A stretch of DNA of 64,000 bases, taken from assembly GCA_963708135.1 (NCBI GenBank), contig OY970192.1:3264001-3328000 (forward strand). The letters run 5' to 3'. The translations under genes were made by a program, and so were the position numbers. The stretch is from an uncultured Gemmatimonadales bacterium. GTDB lineage: Bacteria; Gemmatimonadota; Gemmatimonadetes; Longimicrobiales; RSA9. Positions 9,881 to 18,469 of this stretch are shown in pieces (the first letter of the stretch is position 1; each line of letters begins with the position of its first letter). The notes beneath the pieces are model-generated. The model saw only the letters and a list, made by a program, of their open reading frames with translations, had not been told where the DNA came from and did not search any database.

Positions 9881-11782
9881 GTGACCGGGACGCCCCTCGC
9901 CCCGATCCGCGCGTTTCTGCGCGAGGCGAAGCGCCGCCGCATCTACACGTCGGCGGTCGCCTACCTCGCGGTGGCCGCGGGCGTGATCGAGGTCGGCGGC
10001 AACATCCTGAACGCCGTCCTCCCGCCGCAGTACATGTGGCTGCAGAAGCTGCTGGTCGTGCTGCTGCTGCTCGGCTTCCCGATCGTGCTCGTGCTCGCCT
10101 GGATCTTCGACATCGGCCCGGCGGGCATCACGCGCACGGCGGCCGCCGCCGAGGGGCCGGCGCTGCCCGCCCGTTCGACGGGCGGCGCGCCCGTGGCGGG
10201 CCGGGTGCGAACCGCGCCGAAGACGATCGAGCTGGTGGAGGAGGCGCCCGACCCGGAGCGCGTCCGGCGCGCATCGATCGGCTTCGTCCGCCACGAGCTG
10301 CGGACCCCGGTCAACGCCATCCTCGGCTACACCGAGATGCTCCTCGAGGACGCGCGCGACGAAGGCGACGACATCGCCGCCGCGGACCTCGAGCGGATCC
10401 TCCACTGCGGCCGCGACATCCTCACGCTCATCGAGCGCAGCCTCGACCCCGAGCGCGTCTCCGCCGAGCAGGGCCGCGACCTGGGCAGCTACGGCAAGCA
10501 GGTCCGCGCCGACCTGCGCGACCCGCTGGGCGCCATCACCGGCTACACGGAGCTGCTGATCGAGATCAGCCGCGAGGACGGCAACGAGCCGCGCGCCCGC
10601 GACCTGGAGCGCGTGCTGGCGGCCTCGCGCAAGCTGCTCGAGCTGTCCAGCGACATCGTGGCCGTGGCGACGGCGGCGCCGGAGACCTCCGGGCTGGCGC
10701 GCGCGGCCTCGATGGCCGAGGGCGTGCTGGCCAAGATCCGGGCGATGCCGGCGGAGACGGCGTCCGACCGGGAGGGCTCGCTGCTGGTGGTGGACGACAG
10801 CGCCATGAACCGCGACCTGCTCGCCCGGCAGCTCGCCCGCAAGGGCTACGTGGTGGCGACCGCGGAAGGCGGGGAGCAGGCGCTGCGCACGCTCGACGAG
10901 CAGCCGTTCGACCTCGTGCTGCTGGACGTCTTCATGGACGGCATGGACGGGATCGAGGTGCTCCGGCGCATGAAGAGCTCGGAGCGGCTGTGCGACATCC
11001 CGGTCATCATGATCTCCGCGCTCGACGAGGTGGACAGCATTGTGCGCTGCCTGGAGATCGGCGCGGCCGACTTCGTGAGCAAGCCCTTCCATCCGACGCT
11101 GCTGGACGCGCGTATCCAGGCGACGCTCGCGGCCACGAGCGCGCGCGCCGCGCCGCGCGAGGCCGGTGGGGAGATCGAGCGGCTCGTTGCCGGGACCTTC
11201 CCGGCGTACCTGCTCCAGCGGCTCCGGGCCGGCACCGTCCAGTCCCTGGACAGCAGCACGAGCGCGGCCGTCTGCTTCATCGACATCGACCAGGCCGTGG
11301 CCGCGACGGATCCGCGCGAGCGGGCCGGGCGGGTGGAGACCCTCATCGACGCGGCTTACGCCGTGGCCGGGGAACACGGCGCCACGGTGCTGCTGCACGG
11401 GATCGGGCTGCTGGTGGCGGCCGGCTTCCCCGACGCGGTCCCGGGCGCGGCCGAGCGCGTCGCGCGGACCGCGCTGGCGTTCGCTCAGCACGCGCAGGCG
11501 CACGGGCTGCCCTGCCGCTCGGCGCTGCACACGGGCGCGCTGCACGGCGCGGTGATCGGGCGGGACCGGCTGGCGTACTCCGTCTGGGGCGACGCGGTGG
11601 ACCTCGCGCGCCGGATGGCGCTGGGCGCCGAGCGCGGGGAGATCATCGTCTCGAGCGCCTGCTACGGGCTGATCAAGGAGGAGTTCGCGCTCCGGAACCG
11701 CGGCATCATCGACGTCGCGGGGCGGGGACAGATGCGGGCATATTCGCTGGAACGGGAAGGGGTGAGGGCGGGCGCGCCCTGA
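9881..11782 (+). CDS. Membrane-anchored HisKA-HisKA-REC-class III cyclase-like protein (cyclase degenerate)
   Basis: N-terminal REAKRRRIY plus two TM helices; HELRTPVNAILGY; DLRDPLGAITGY; REC domain (VVDD..LLDVFM..SKP); HTG..VIG..Y.VWGDAV.LARRM cyclase fold. Confidence 0.85.
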   Translation: MTGTPLAPIRAFLREAKRRRIYTSAVAYLAVAAGVIEVGGNILNAVLPPQYMWLQKLLVVLLLLGFPIVLVLAWIFDIGPAGITRTAAAAEGPALPARSTGGAPVAGRVRTAPKTIELVEEAPDPERVRRASIGFVRHELRTPVNAILGYTEMLLEDARDEGDDIAAADLERILHCGRDILTLIERSLDPERVSAEQGRDLGSYGKQVRADLRDPLGAITGYTELLIEISREDGNEPRARDLERVLAASRKLLELSSDIVAVATAAPETSGLARAASMAEGVLAKIRAMPAETASDREGSLLVVDDSAMNRDLLARQLARKGYVVATAEGGEQALRTLDEQPFDLVLLDVFMDGMDGIEVLRRMKSSERLCDIPVIMISALDEVDSIVRCLEIGAADFVSKPFHPTLLDARIQATLAATSARAAPREAGGEIERLVAGTFPAYLLQRLRAGTVQSLDSSTSAAVCFIDIDQAVAATDPRERAGRVETLIDAAYAVAGEHGATVLLHGIGLLVAAGFPDAVPGAAERVARTALAFAQHAQAHGLPCRSALHTGALHGAVIGRDRLAYSVWGDAVDLARRMALGAERGEIIVSSACYGLIKEEFALRNRGIIDVAGRGQMRAYSLEREGVRAGAP

Positions 11783-11909
11783 GCCTTCCGGGCTCCACTC
11801 GCGTTCGAACCTTCGCGGGCGCGTCAGCCTGCCGACCGCTTTGACACGGACCCGGTGTGACCTGCGCCCCGCCCACGAGATCGGCGGCCAGTAGTCGGCG
11901 CCGGCCTCC

Positions 11910-13832
11910 CTACCTCGCCGGCGGCCTGAACCCCAGCGTCTCCCCGGGGTCCAGCACTTCCTCGCCGACATCGCTGCGGATCCCCTCGACGCCGTCGAAG
12001 ACCTGCAGCGCGAAGGGGACCTTGCCGAAGGGGGCGCTGACCTGGAGGCCGCGCACGGCGGGGCGGACGCGCTCGAACATCTCGCGGGCGATGGCGATGC
12101 CCTCGGCCAGCGCGTGCTCCTTCCCCCTCTCGCTGGCGCGGCGCATCCGGACGAGCACGTCCTCGGGCACGACCACGCCGGGCACCTCGTTGGCGAGGAA
12201 CTCGGCGTTGCGGGCGGAGACGAGCGGCCAGATCCCGGCGACGATCGGGATCCAGATGCCGCGCTTCTCGAGCTCGGCGGTGAAGTCGAGGAGCTGGTCG
12301 GCGTCGAAGACGGGCTGGGTGACGGCGTACTCGGCGCCGGCCTCGACCTTCCAGTAGAAGCGCTCGAGCTCGTGCTCGCGGTCGGCGGCACCGGGATTCA
12401 CGCCGACGCCGATGGCGAAGGATGTCGGCTCGCCGATGGGGTTGCCGCCCGGGTCGAGCCCGTGGTTCAGCCGCACGACCAGGTTGGTGAGGCCGATGGA
12501 GTCGATGTCGAAGACGGCCGTGGACTCCGGGTACGGCCCCATCTTGGGCGGGTCGCCGGTGATGACGAGCAGGTTGCGCAGCCCGAGCGCGTGGGCGCCG
12601 AGCAGGTCGGAGAGCATGCCGAGCAGGTTCCTGTCCCGGCACGAGTAGTGGAGCACGGTCTCGATGCCGACGGTCTGCTCGATGAGCACGGCGGTGGCCA
12701 GCGCGCCCATCCGCATCTGGGCGCGCGGGCCATCCGGCACGTTGACGCCGTCGATGCCCGCGCGCTCGAGCAGCCGCACGCCCGCCAGCATCTTCGCTGG
12801 GCTGATCCCCTTGGGCGGCACGATCTCGACGGTGGTGACCAGCTCGCCGCCGGCGAGCTTCCGCCCCCAGCGCGAGCGGTCCGCCAGCGGCGTCACGGCC
12901 ACGTCGGGGGCGGCGGACTCGGGCCGGCCGACGTGCGTCGAGACGGTGCGCGGCGAAAGGGAGCGCACGGCGTCGCTTATCTGCCGGATGTGGTCGGGCG
13001 TGGTGCCGCAGCAGCCGCCCACGAACTTGACGCCGGCGCGGATGAGGCGCTGCGCGTACTTGGCCACGTACTCGGGCGAGGCCATGTACATCTTGCGGCC
13101 CGAGATCTCGCGCGGCATGCCCGCGTTCGGCTGCGCCGAGAGCTTCCTGCGCGTGACCGCGGCGGCCTTCTCGATCGCATCGAGGATCCCCGCGGGACCG
13201 ACGGAACAGTTGAAGCCGATGACGTCGGCGCCCCACTCGTCGAGCCGGACCGCGCAGACCTCGGGCGTCGTGCCGTACGTGGTCTTGCCGTCCTCCTGCA
13301 CCGTCATCTGCGCAACGACCGGAAACGTGCACGCCTCGCGCACGGCGAGCAGCGCCTCGTGGATCTCCGCGAGGTCGCTGAAGGTCTCGAGCACGAAGAA
13401 CTGCGCGCCACCCTCGAGGAGTCCTTCCGCCTGCTCCCTGAAGAACTCCCGCGCTTCCGCGAGCGATGTCGGCCCGTACGGCTCGATGCGGATCCCGAGC
13501 GGGCCGATCGAGCCGCCCACCAGCGCCCGCTCGCCCGCCGCCTCCCGCGCCACCCGCGCCGCCGCCGCGTTGATCTCGCGCACCTGCGCCTCGAGCCCGT
13601 ACTGCGCGAGCTTCACGCGGTTCGCGCCGAACGAGTTGGTCTCCAGCAGCTCCGCCCCCGCCCGCACGTACTCGCGGTGGACCTGCCGCACGAGATCGGG
13701 ATCGCGCAGGTTCAGCTCGTCATAGCAGCGGTTGATGAAGACCCCCTTCTGGTACAGCATCGTCCCCATCGCGCCGTCGAAGACGTGGGGCCGAGCGTCG
13801 GAGAGGAGGTCGAGGAAGCTGAGCTCAGGCAT
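11910..13832 (-). CDS. yitJ: Bifunctional homocysteine S-methyltransferase / 5,10-methylenetetrahydrofolate reductase
   Basis: FDGAMGT, GFNCSVGP and GGCCGTTP (HMT domain), then VEIVPPKG, HYSCRDRN, ITGDPP and TQPVFD (MTHFR domain). Confidence 0.92.
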   Translation of the reverse strand: MPELSFLDLLSDARPHVFDGAMGTMLYQKGVFINRCYDELNLRDPDLVRQVHREYVRAGAELLETNSFGANRVKLAQYGLEAQVREINAAAARVAREAAGERALVGGSIGPLGIRIEPYGPTSLAEAREFFREQAEGLLEGGAQFFVLETFSDLAEIHEALLAVREACTFPVVAQMTVQEDGKTTYGTTPEVCAVRLDEWGADVIGFNCSVGPAGILDAIEKAAAVTRRKLSAQPNAGMPREISGRKMYMASPEYVAKYAQRLIRAGVKFVGGCCGTTPDHIRQISDAVRSLSPRTVSTHVGRPESAAPDVAVTPLADRSRWGRKLAGGELVTTVEIVPPKGISPAKMLAGVRLLERAGIDGVNVPDGPRAQMRMGALATAVLIEQTVGIETVLHYSCRDRNLLGMLSDLLGAHALGLRNLLVITGDPPKMGPYPESTAVFDIDSIGLTNLVVRLNHGLDPGGNPIGEPTSFAIGVGVNPGAADREHELERFYWKVEAGAEYAVTQPVFDADQLLDFTAELEKRGIWIPIVAGIWPLVSARNAEFLANEVPGVVVPEDVLVRMRRASERGKEHALAEGIAIAREMFERVRPAVRGLQVSAPFGKVPFALQVFDGVEGIRSDVGEEVLDPGETLGFRPPAR

Positions 13833-13853
13833 CAGCCATCTCTCTCAGCAGTT

Positions 13854-13935
13854 CACGCTTTCGCATTCGCATTCGCATTCGCATTCGCATTCGCTTTCGG
13901 CGGTTCGGCGGTTCGGCGGTTCGGCGGTTCGGCGG
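13854..13935. repeat. Tandem hexamers CGC(A/T)TT x7 followed by octamers CGGCGGTT x~5
   Basis: Read directly from the sequence; forms the left arm of an inverted pair with 14463-14490. Confidence 0.9.
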
Positions 13936-13981
13936 CCCCACCCCAGCACGGACGCCGCGCCCGGATTCTGGCACACGCCGC

Positions 13982-14347
13982 TCATTCGCCTCTCCCTTTC
14001 CCTTTCCCCAGCAGTCCCGTGAGCATCGCCACGATCCGGTCCAGCAGCTCGCGCCCGGACCCGAGCTCGGTCTCGTCCGCGAGATGCAGCACTTCGAGGA
14101 CGTCGAGCACCGCCGCGCATTCCGTGGCCGAGCGACGCGCGAAGCGGAAGAACCGCGCCTTGTCCGCCTTGCTGAACTCGCCCGCGCCCTCGGCGATGTT
14201 CAGGGCCATGGACGTCGCGGCGCGCCGGAGCTGGTCGACCAGGTAGCCGTGCCCGGCCGGCAGCCGCTGCACGAGGGCGTTCGCCACGGCCACGAACTCG
14301 ATCGCGGCGCGGTAGACATCCATCTTCTCGTGAAAGAACGTGGGCAT
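13982..14347 (-). CDS. Four helix bundle protein (23S rRNA IVS protein / Avd-like family)
   Basis: HEKMDVYRAAIEF...LVDQLRRAATSMALNIAEGAG...RFFRFARRSATECAAVLD signature; GGAG upstream of the ATG. Confidence 0.92.
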   Translation of the reverse strand: MPTFFHEKMDVYRAAIEFVAVANALVQRLPAGHGYLVDQLRRAATSMALNIAEGAGEFSKADKARFFRFARRSATECAAVLDVLEVLHLADETELGSGRELLDRIVAMLTGLLGKGKGRGE

Positions 14348-14462
14348 GGTTGACTCCCGTGTCGAACATGGCAGCGTGCACCCTACCGCCTCCCGGGGGC
14401 GAGGGGGGCCTCGCCCCGCCTCACCTTCGCCCGCGGAGGGCACCCTCCCCCCGCCCCCGTTT

Positions 14463-14490
14463 CGAAAGCGAAAGCGAAAGCGAAAGCGTG
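14463..14490. repeat. Tandem hexamers (AAAGCG)x4 + TG, inverted relative to 13854-13899
   Basis: Reverse complement is CACGCTTTCGCTTTCGCTTTCGCTTTCG, matching the left arm CACGCTTTCGC... Confidence 0.9.
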
Positions 14491-14509
14491 CCCCGACAGA
14501 CTCGTCCGC

Positions 14510-17500
14510 TTACGCCGAGAAATATTTGGCCTCGGGATGATGCACCACCAGCGCCGCGGTGCTCAGCTCGGGAACGAGCGCGCCGGCCTCGGTGAGCTCC
14601 ATGTCCAGCCGCTCCCTCGCCGGCAGCAGCTCGAAGAGCGTGAAGTGCTGGCGGTGATCCGGGCACGCGGGATAGCCCCACGAGTAGCGCAGCCCGCGGT
14701 CCTCCGGGATCCCCAGCTCGCGGCGGATGCGGCGGTGCAGCCACTCGGCGGCGGCCTCGGCCAGGCGCACGCCGAAGCCGTGCAGGAAATAGCCCTCGCC
14801 GTAGTCGCCGCTCTTCATGAGGGCGGCGGAGCGCTCGAGCAGGCGGTCGCCGATGGTGACGACCTGGAAGGCGACGATGTCGGGGGCCCCGTTCGTGGCG
14901 GGCGCGAAGTAGTCGGCCAGGCAGAGACGGTCGCGGTCGGCCTGGCGTGGGAAGGGGAAGCGCGCGAGCTCGCGGCCGGCGTCGCCGGGAGCGTAGACGA
15001 CGAGATCGTCGCCTGCCGAGGCCGCGGGGAAGAAGCCGTAGGCGGCGCGCGGCGCGAGCAGGCCGGCGGCCTGGACCTCCCGGCGGTAGCGGCGCAGGCG
15101 CGGCTCGAACTCGTCGGTCACGAGCCGCTCCCACTCCTCGCCCTTGGCGTTCCTGGCGCCCCAGTGCAGGCGGTAGAGGGTGTTGAGCTCGATGTCCTCG
15201 TAGAGCTCCGCCAGCGGAGGGCGGTCGAGCACCTTGACGCCGAGGAACGGCGGCCTGGGGATGGCGACATCGCGCGAGGGGCCGCCGCCGTCCCGCGCCG
15301 GCCGGCCCGCCCGGGCGCGCGCCTGGAGCTCGGCGCGCCGGGCCACGCCCTCCCGGACATCCCGCTGCCGGTCGGCGATGAAGCCCTCGCGGCGGCCGGG
15401 ATCGAGCAGCGCGTCCACCGTGGCCAGCCCCTCGAACGCATCCTTGCAGTAGTAGACGCCGGGGGCGTAGAGGGCGCCGGCGTCGCCATCCACGAAGGAG
15501 GCGGCGCGCACGAAGGAGGGGTTGATGGCCGCGCCGCCGACCATGACGGGGAACGAGAGGCCGCGCGCGTGCAGCTCCTGGACGCACAGCGGCATCTGCT
15601 TCGACGTCGAGACGAGCAGCGCGGAGAGGCCGATCACGTCCGCGCCGACCTCCTGGGCGCGCTCGATGATGGTGTTGACCGGGACCTGCTTGCCGAGGTC
15701 GTGGACGGTATAGCCGTTGTTGGAGAGAATGGTGCCGACCAGGCTCTTGCCGATGTCGTGGACATCGCCGAAGACCGTGGCCAGGACGACCTTGCCCTTG
15801 GTCTCGCCTTCGACCTTCTCGAGGAAGGTCTCCAGCCGGGCGACGGCGCGCTTCATGACCTCCGCCGACTGCAGCACGAACGGCAGGATCAGCTCGCCCG
15901 CGCCGAACTTGTCGCCCACCTCCTTCATGGCGGGGAGGAGCACGTGGTTCAGGACGTGGACGGCCGCGCGGTGGGTGGGGCCGGGCCCGCCGGCCCCGCC
16001 GTTCACGCTTTCGCTTTCGCCTTCGCTTTCGCTTTCGATCCGTTCCGATTCCGGATCCAGAATTCGCCGCTGCTTCCCGATTGCCCTTTCCACCAGCTCC
16101 TCCACACCGTCCTTCTTCCGGTGCAGGATCTTCCAGTGGATGGCCTGCTCGGGCTCCATCTCCGCCGTGGGATCGACCGCCTCCTCGGCCTCGGCCTCGT
16201 GGGACTCGTAGAAGGCGATGAAGCGGGCGAGCGCATCCTCGCGGCGGTCGAAGATGAGGTCGTCGGCCAGCGCGCGCTGCTCGGCGTCGATCTCGGCGTA
16301 AGGGGTGATGTGCGCGGGGTTCACGATGGCCATGTCGAGCCCCGCCTCGACGCAGTGGTGCAGGAACACGGAGTTCAGCACCGCGCGCGCGTGGCGGGCC
16401 AGCCCGAAGCTGACGTTCGAGACGCCCAGCGAGGTGAGCACGCCCGGCAGCTCCCGCTTGATCAGCCGGATCCCCTCGATCGTGTCCACCGCGGAGTGGC
16501 GGAACTCGGCGTCGCCGGTGGCGAGCGTGAAGGTCAGCGCATCGAAGATGAGCGCGTCCGGGGCGAGGCCGTACTCCTGGGTCGAGATCTGGTGGATGCG
16601 GTGCGCCACCTCGAGCTTGCGCTCCGCCGTCTTGGCCATCCCCTCCTCGTCGATCGTCAATGCGACGACGGCGGCCCCGTGCTCCACCGCGTACGGCAGC
16701 ACCGCCTCGATGCGCTGCCGCCCGTTCTCCAGGTTGATCGAGTTCACGATCGCGCGGCCGGGGTACTGCTCGAGCGCGGCGCGCACGACGTCGTACTCGG
16801 TGGTGTCCACGACGAGCGGCGCCTCGACCCCCTGCGCGAGCAGCTTCACCAGCGCGCCCATCTGCGCTGCCTCGTCCTGCCGCTCGGTCACGGCCACGCA
16901 CACATCCAGCAGGTGCGCGCCGCCCTCGACCTGGCCGCGCGCGACCTCGAGGATGCCGTCGTAGTCCTCCGCCAGCAGCAGCCGCTTGACCGCGCGCGAG
17001 CCCTGCGCGTTCACCCGCTCGCCGATCAGCGTCGGCGCCGGCTGCTGCGCGAGCGCCGTGGCCGTCATGGCGCTGGCGACGCGGGCCACGTAGGCGACGT
17101 CGCGCGTGCGCGGCTTCTTCCCCCACACGCGTTCCACCACCTGCCGCAGGTGCTCCGGCGTGGTGCCGCAGCAGCCGCCGACCACGTTCACGCCGAGCTG
17201 CTCGACGAACTCGCCGTGCGCCTCCGCCAGCGCCTCCGGCGTGAGCGGATAGACGGCGCAGCCGGCCTCGTTGTGCGGGATGCCGGCGTTCGGGATCACG
17301 CTGATGGGTAGCCGCGTGTTGTCCGAGAGCCAGCGCACGGGCTGGCGCATGTGCTCGGGGCCGGTCGAGCAGTTGAGCCCGATCAGGTCGGCGCCGATCG
17401 CCTCGATGATGACCGTGGCCGCCTCGATGTCCGTGCCCAGCAGCATCCGGCCGGAGGTGTCCAGCGTGACCTGCACCTGCAGCGGCCGCCACGTGCCCAG

Positions 17501-18061
17501 CTCCGCGAGCGCCCGCCGGATCCCCGTCACCTGCGCCTTGACCTCGAGGATGTCCTGGCTGGTCTCGATCAGCAGCACGTCCACGCCGCCCTCGACGAGC
17601 CCCCGCGCCTGCTCGCGGAACACCTCCGCCAGCTCGCCGTACGTGGTGGCGCCGAGCGTCGGATCGGAGGTGCTCGGCAGGAACCCGCTCGGCCCGATGC
17701 TGCCCGCAACGAAGCGCGGCCGCTCCGGCGTGGCGAAGCCATCCGCCACCCGCCGGGCCAGGGAGGCGGCGGCGCGGTTCATCTCGACGATGCGGTCCTC
17801 GAGCCCGTACTCGCGCATGGTGAGGCGGTTGGCGCGGAAGGTGTCGGTCTCGACCACGTCGCAGCCGACCTCCAGGAACGAGGCGTGGATGCCCTCGACC
17901 ACCTCCGGCCTGGAGAAGACCAGGTGGTCGTTGCACCCCTCCAGGCCCGGACCACCGAAGTCGGCGGCCGCGAGCCCCAGCGCCTGGATGCTCGTCCCCA
18001 TGGCGCCGTCGAACACCAGCACGCGCTCCTTCAGCACATCGAGATACCGGCTCTCGCGCAT
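14510..18061 (-). CDS. metH: Cobalamin-dependent methionine synthase
   Basis: FDGAMGT, LNCSTGP, GGCCGT; pterin domain IGERVNAQGS; B12 motif GDVHDIGK..SALL; reactivation domain RYSWGYPACP. Confidence 0.96.
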   Translation of the reverse strand: MRESRYLDVLKERVLVFDGAMGTSIQALGLAAADFGGPGLEGCNDHLVFSRPEVVEGIHASFLEVGCDVVETDTFRANRLTMREYGLEDRIVEMNRAAASLARRVADGFATPERPRFVAGSIGPSGFLPSTSDPTLGATTYGELAEVFREQARGLVEGGVDVLLIETSQDILEVKAQVTGIRRALAELGTWRPLQVQVTLDTSGRMLLGTDIEAATVIIEAIGADLIGLNCSTGPEHMRQPVRWLSDNTRLPISVIPNAGIPHNEAGCAVYPLTPEALAEAHGEFVEQLGVNVVGGCCGTTPEHLRQVVERVWGKKPRTRDVAYVARVASAMTATALAQQPAPTLIGERVNAQGSRAVKRLLLAEDYDGILEVARGQVEGGAHLLDVCVAVTERQDEAAQMGALVKLLAQGVEAPLVVDTTEYDVVRAALEQYPGRAIVNSINLENGRQRIEAVLPYAVEHGAAVVALTIDEEGMAKTAERKLEVAHRIHQISTQEYGLAPDALIFDALTFTLATGDAEFRHSAVDTIEGIRLIKRELPGVLTSLGVSNVSFGLARHARAVLNSVFLHHCVEAGLDMAIVNPAHITPYAEIDAEQRALADDLIFDRREDALARFIAFYESHEAEAEEAVDPTAEMEPEQAIHWKILHRKKDGVEELVERAIGKQRRILDPESERIESESEGESESVNGGAGGPGPTHRAAVHVLNHVLLPAMKEVGDKFGAGELILPFVLQSAEVMKRAVARLETFLEKVEGETKGKVVLATVFGDVHDIGKSLVGTILSNNGYTVHDLGKQVPVNTIIERAQEVGADVIGLSALLVSTSKQMPLCVQELHARGLSFPVMVGGAAINPSFVRAASFVDGDAGALYAPGVYYCKDAFEGLATVDALLDPGRREGFIADRQRDVREGVARRAELQARARAGRPARDGGGPSRDVAIPRPPFLGVKVLDRPPLAELYEDIELNTLYRLHWGARNAKGEEWERLVTDEFEPRLRRYRREVQAAGLLAPRAAYGFFPAASAGDDLVVYAPGDAGRELARFPFPRQADRDRLCLADYFAPATNGAPDIVAFQVVTIGDRLLERSAALMKSGDYGEGYFLHGFGVRLAEAAAEWLHRRIRRELGIPEDRGLRYSWGYPACPDHRQHFTLFELLPARERLDMELTEAGALVPELSTAALVVHHPEAKYFSA
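16001..16041. repeat. Intragenic hexamer repeat (CGCTTT-type) in frame within metH
   Basis: GTTCACGCTTTCGCTTTCGCCTTCGCTTTCGCTTTCGATCC encodes ESESEGESESVN; its first 14 nt are identical to 13851-13864. Confidence 0.85.
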
Positions 18062-18116
18062 CCCCGCCTGCTCCCTGGAAGACTGCCCGCACCCGCGGCC
18101 GGCGCCCCCGGCCAGC

Positions 18117-18150
18117 AAAAAACCCCCGGCCACTCTGAAAGTGCGGGGGT
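18117..18150 (-). terminator. Intrinsic terminator/attenuator in the metH leader
   Basis: RNA ACCCCCG-CACU-UUCAG-AGUG-GC-CGGGGG-UUUUUU, about 55 nt upstream of the metH ATG. Confidence 0.85.
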
Positions 18151-18164
18151 CGCCCTGGGGCGGA

Positions 18165-18297
18165 TCCTTCATCCCGGCACTTTAGCTTTTGTGCGACGAC
18201 GCCGCGAGCGTGCCGGGCTGGGTGCGCCCTCCCTCGCGGTCGTCGTCCGGCGGTAGCAAGCGGCCTGCAAATCCCTCCGCCGGTTCAACCCTTCATC
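18165..18297 (-). ncRNA. Candidate riboswitch aptamer of unrecognised class in the metH 5' leader
   Basis: Two GC-rich stems, an 8-bp loop-to-tail pseudoknot and an AAAAGCUAAA linker, located between a promoter and a terminator, with a competing antiterminator pairing. Confidence 0.7.
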
Positions 18298-18303
18298 GTC
18301 ACG

Positions 18304-18332
18304 AATGTAGGGGTGCCCCCCACGCGGGTCAA
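18304..18332 (-). promoter_or_regulatory. Sigma70 promoter of the metH operon
   Basis: TTGACC (18332-18327) - 17 nt - TACATT (18309-18304). Confidence 0.75.
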
Positions 18333-18469
18333 CCCACTGCCACGCCGGCATTTCTCGGGAGTCGGCATTGCAGGCGACGGGATAACAAGCGAGCAGTGAT
18401 CCGTCAGGTTCTGACGGCTCGTCGGTCAGACATCATCGACGGAAACGTGAACGGCAAAACGGCCACGGC

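Noticed and set aside
13982..14347. Diversity-generating retroelement (Avd-like gene)
   Set aside because: There is no reverse transcriptase and no TR/VR pair with adenine-specific mismatches in the window.
18062..18172. N-terminal extension of metH to ATG 18172, or a leader peptide (18169-18351)
   Set aside because: The extension runs through the terminator and homology starts at MRESRY. The 60-aa ORF starts upstream of the promoter and has no Met/Cys-rich tract.
18165..18297. Calling the metH leader a canonical SAM-I, SAH or cobalamin riboswitch
   Set aside because: The core consensus elements are absent or out of order by eye, so it is left unassigned pending an Rfam search.
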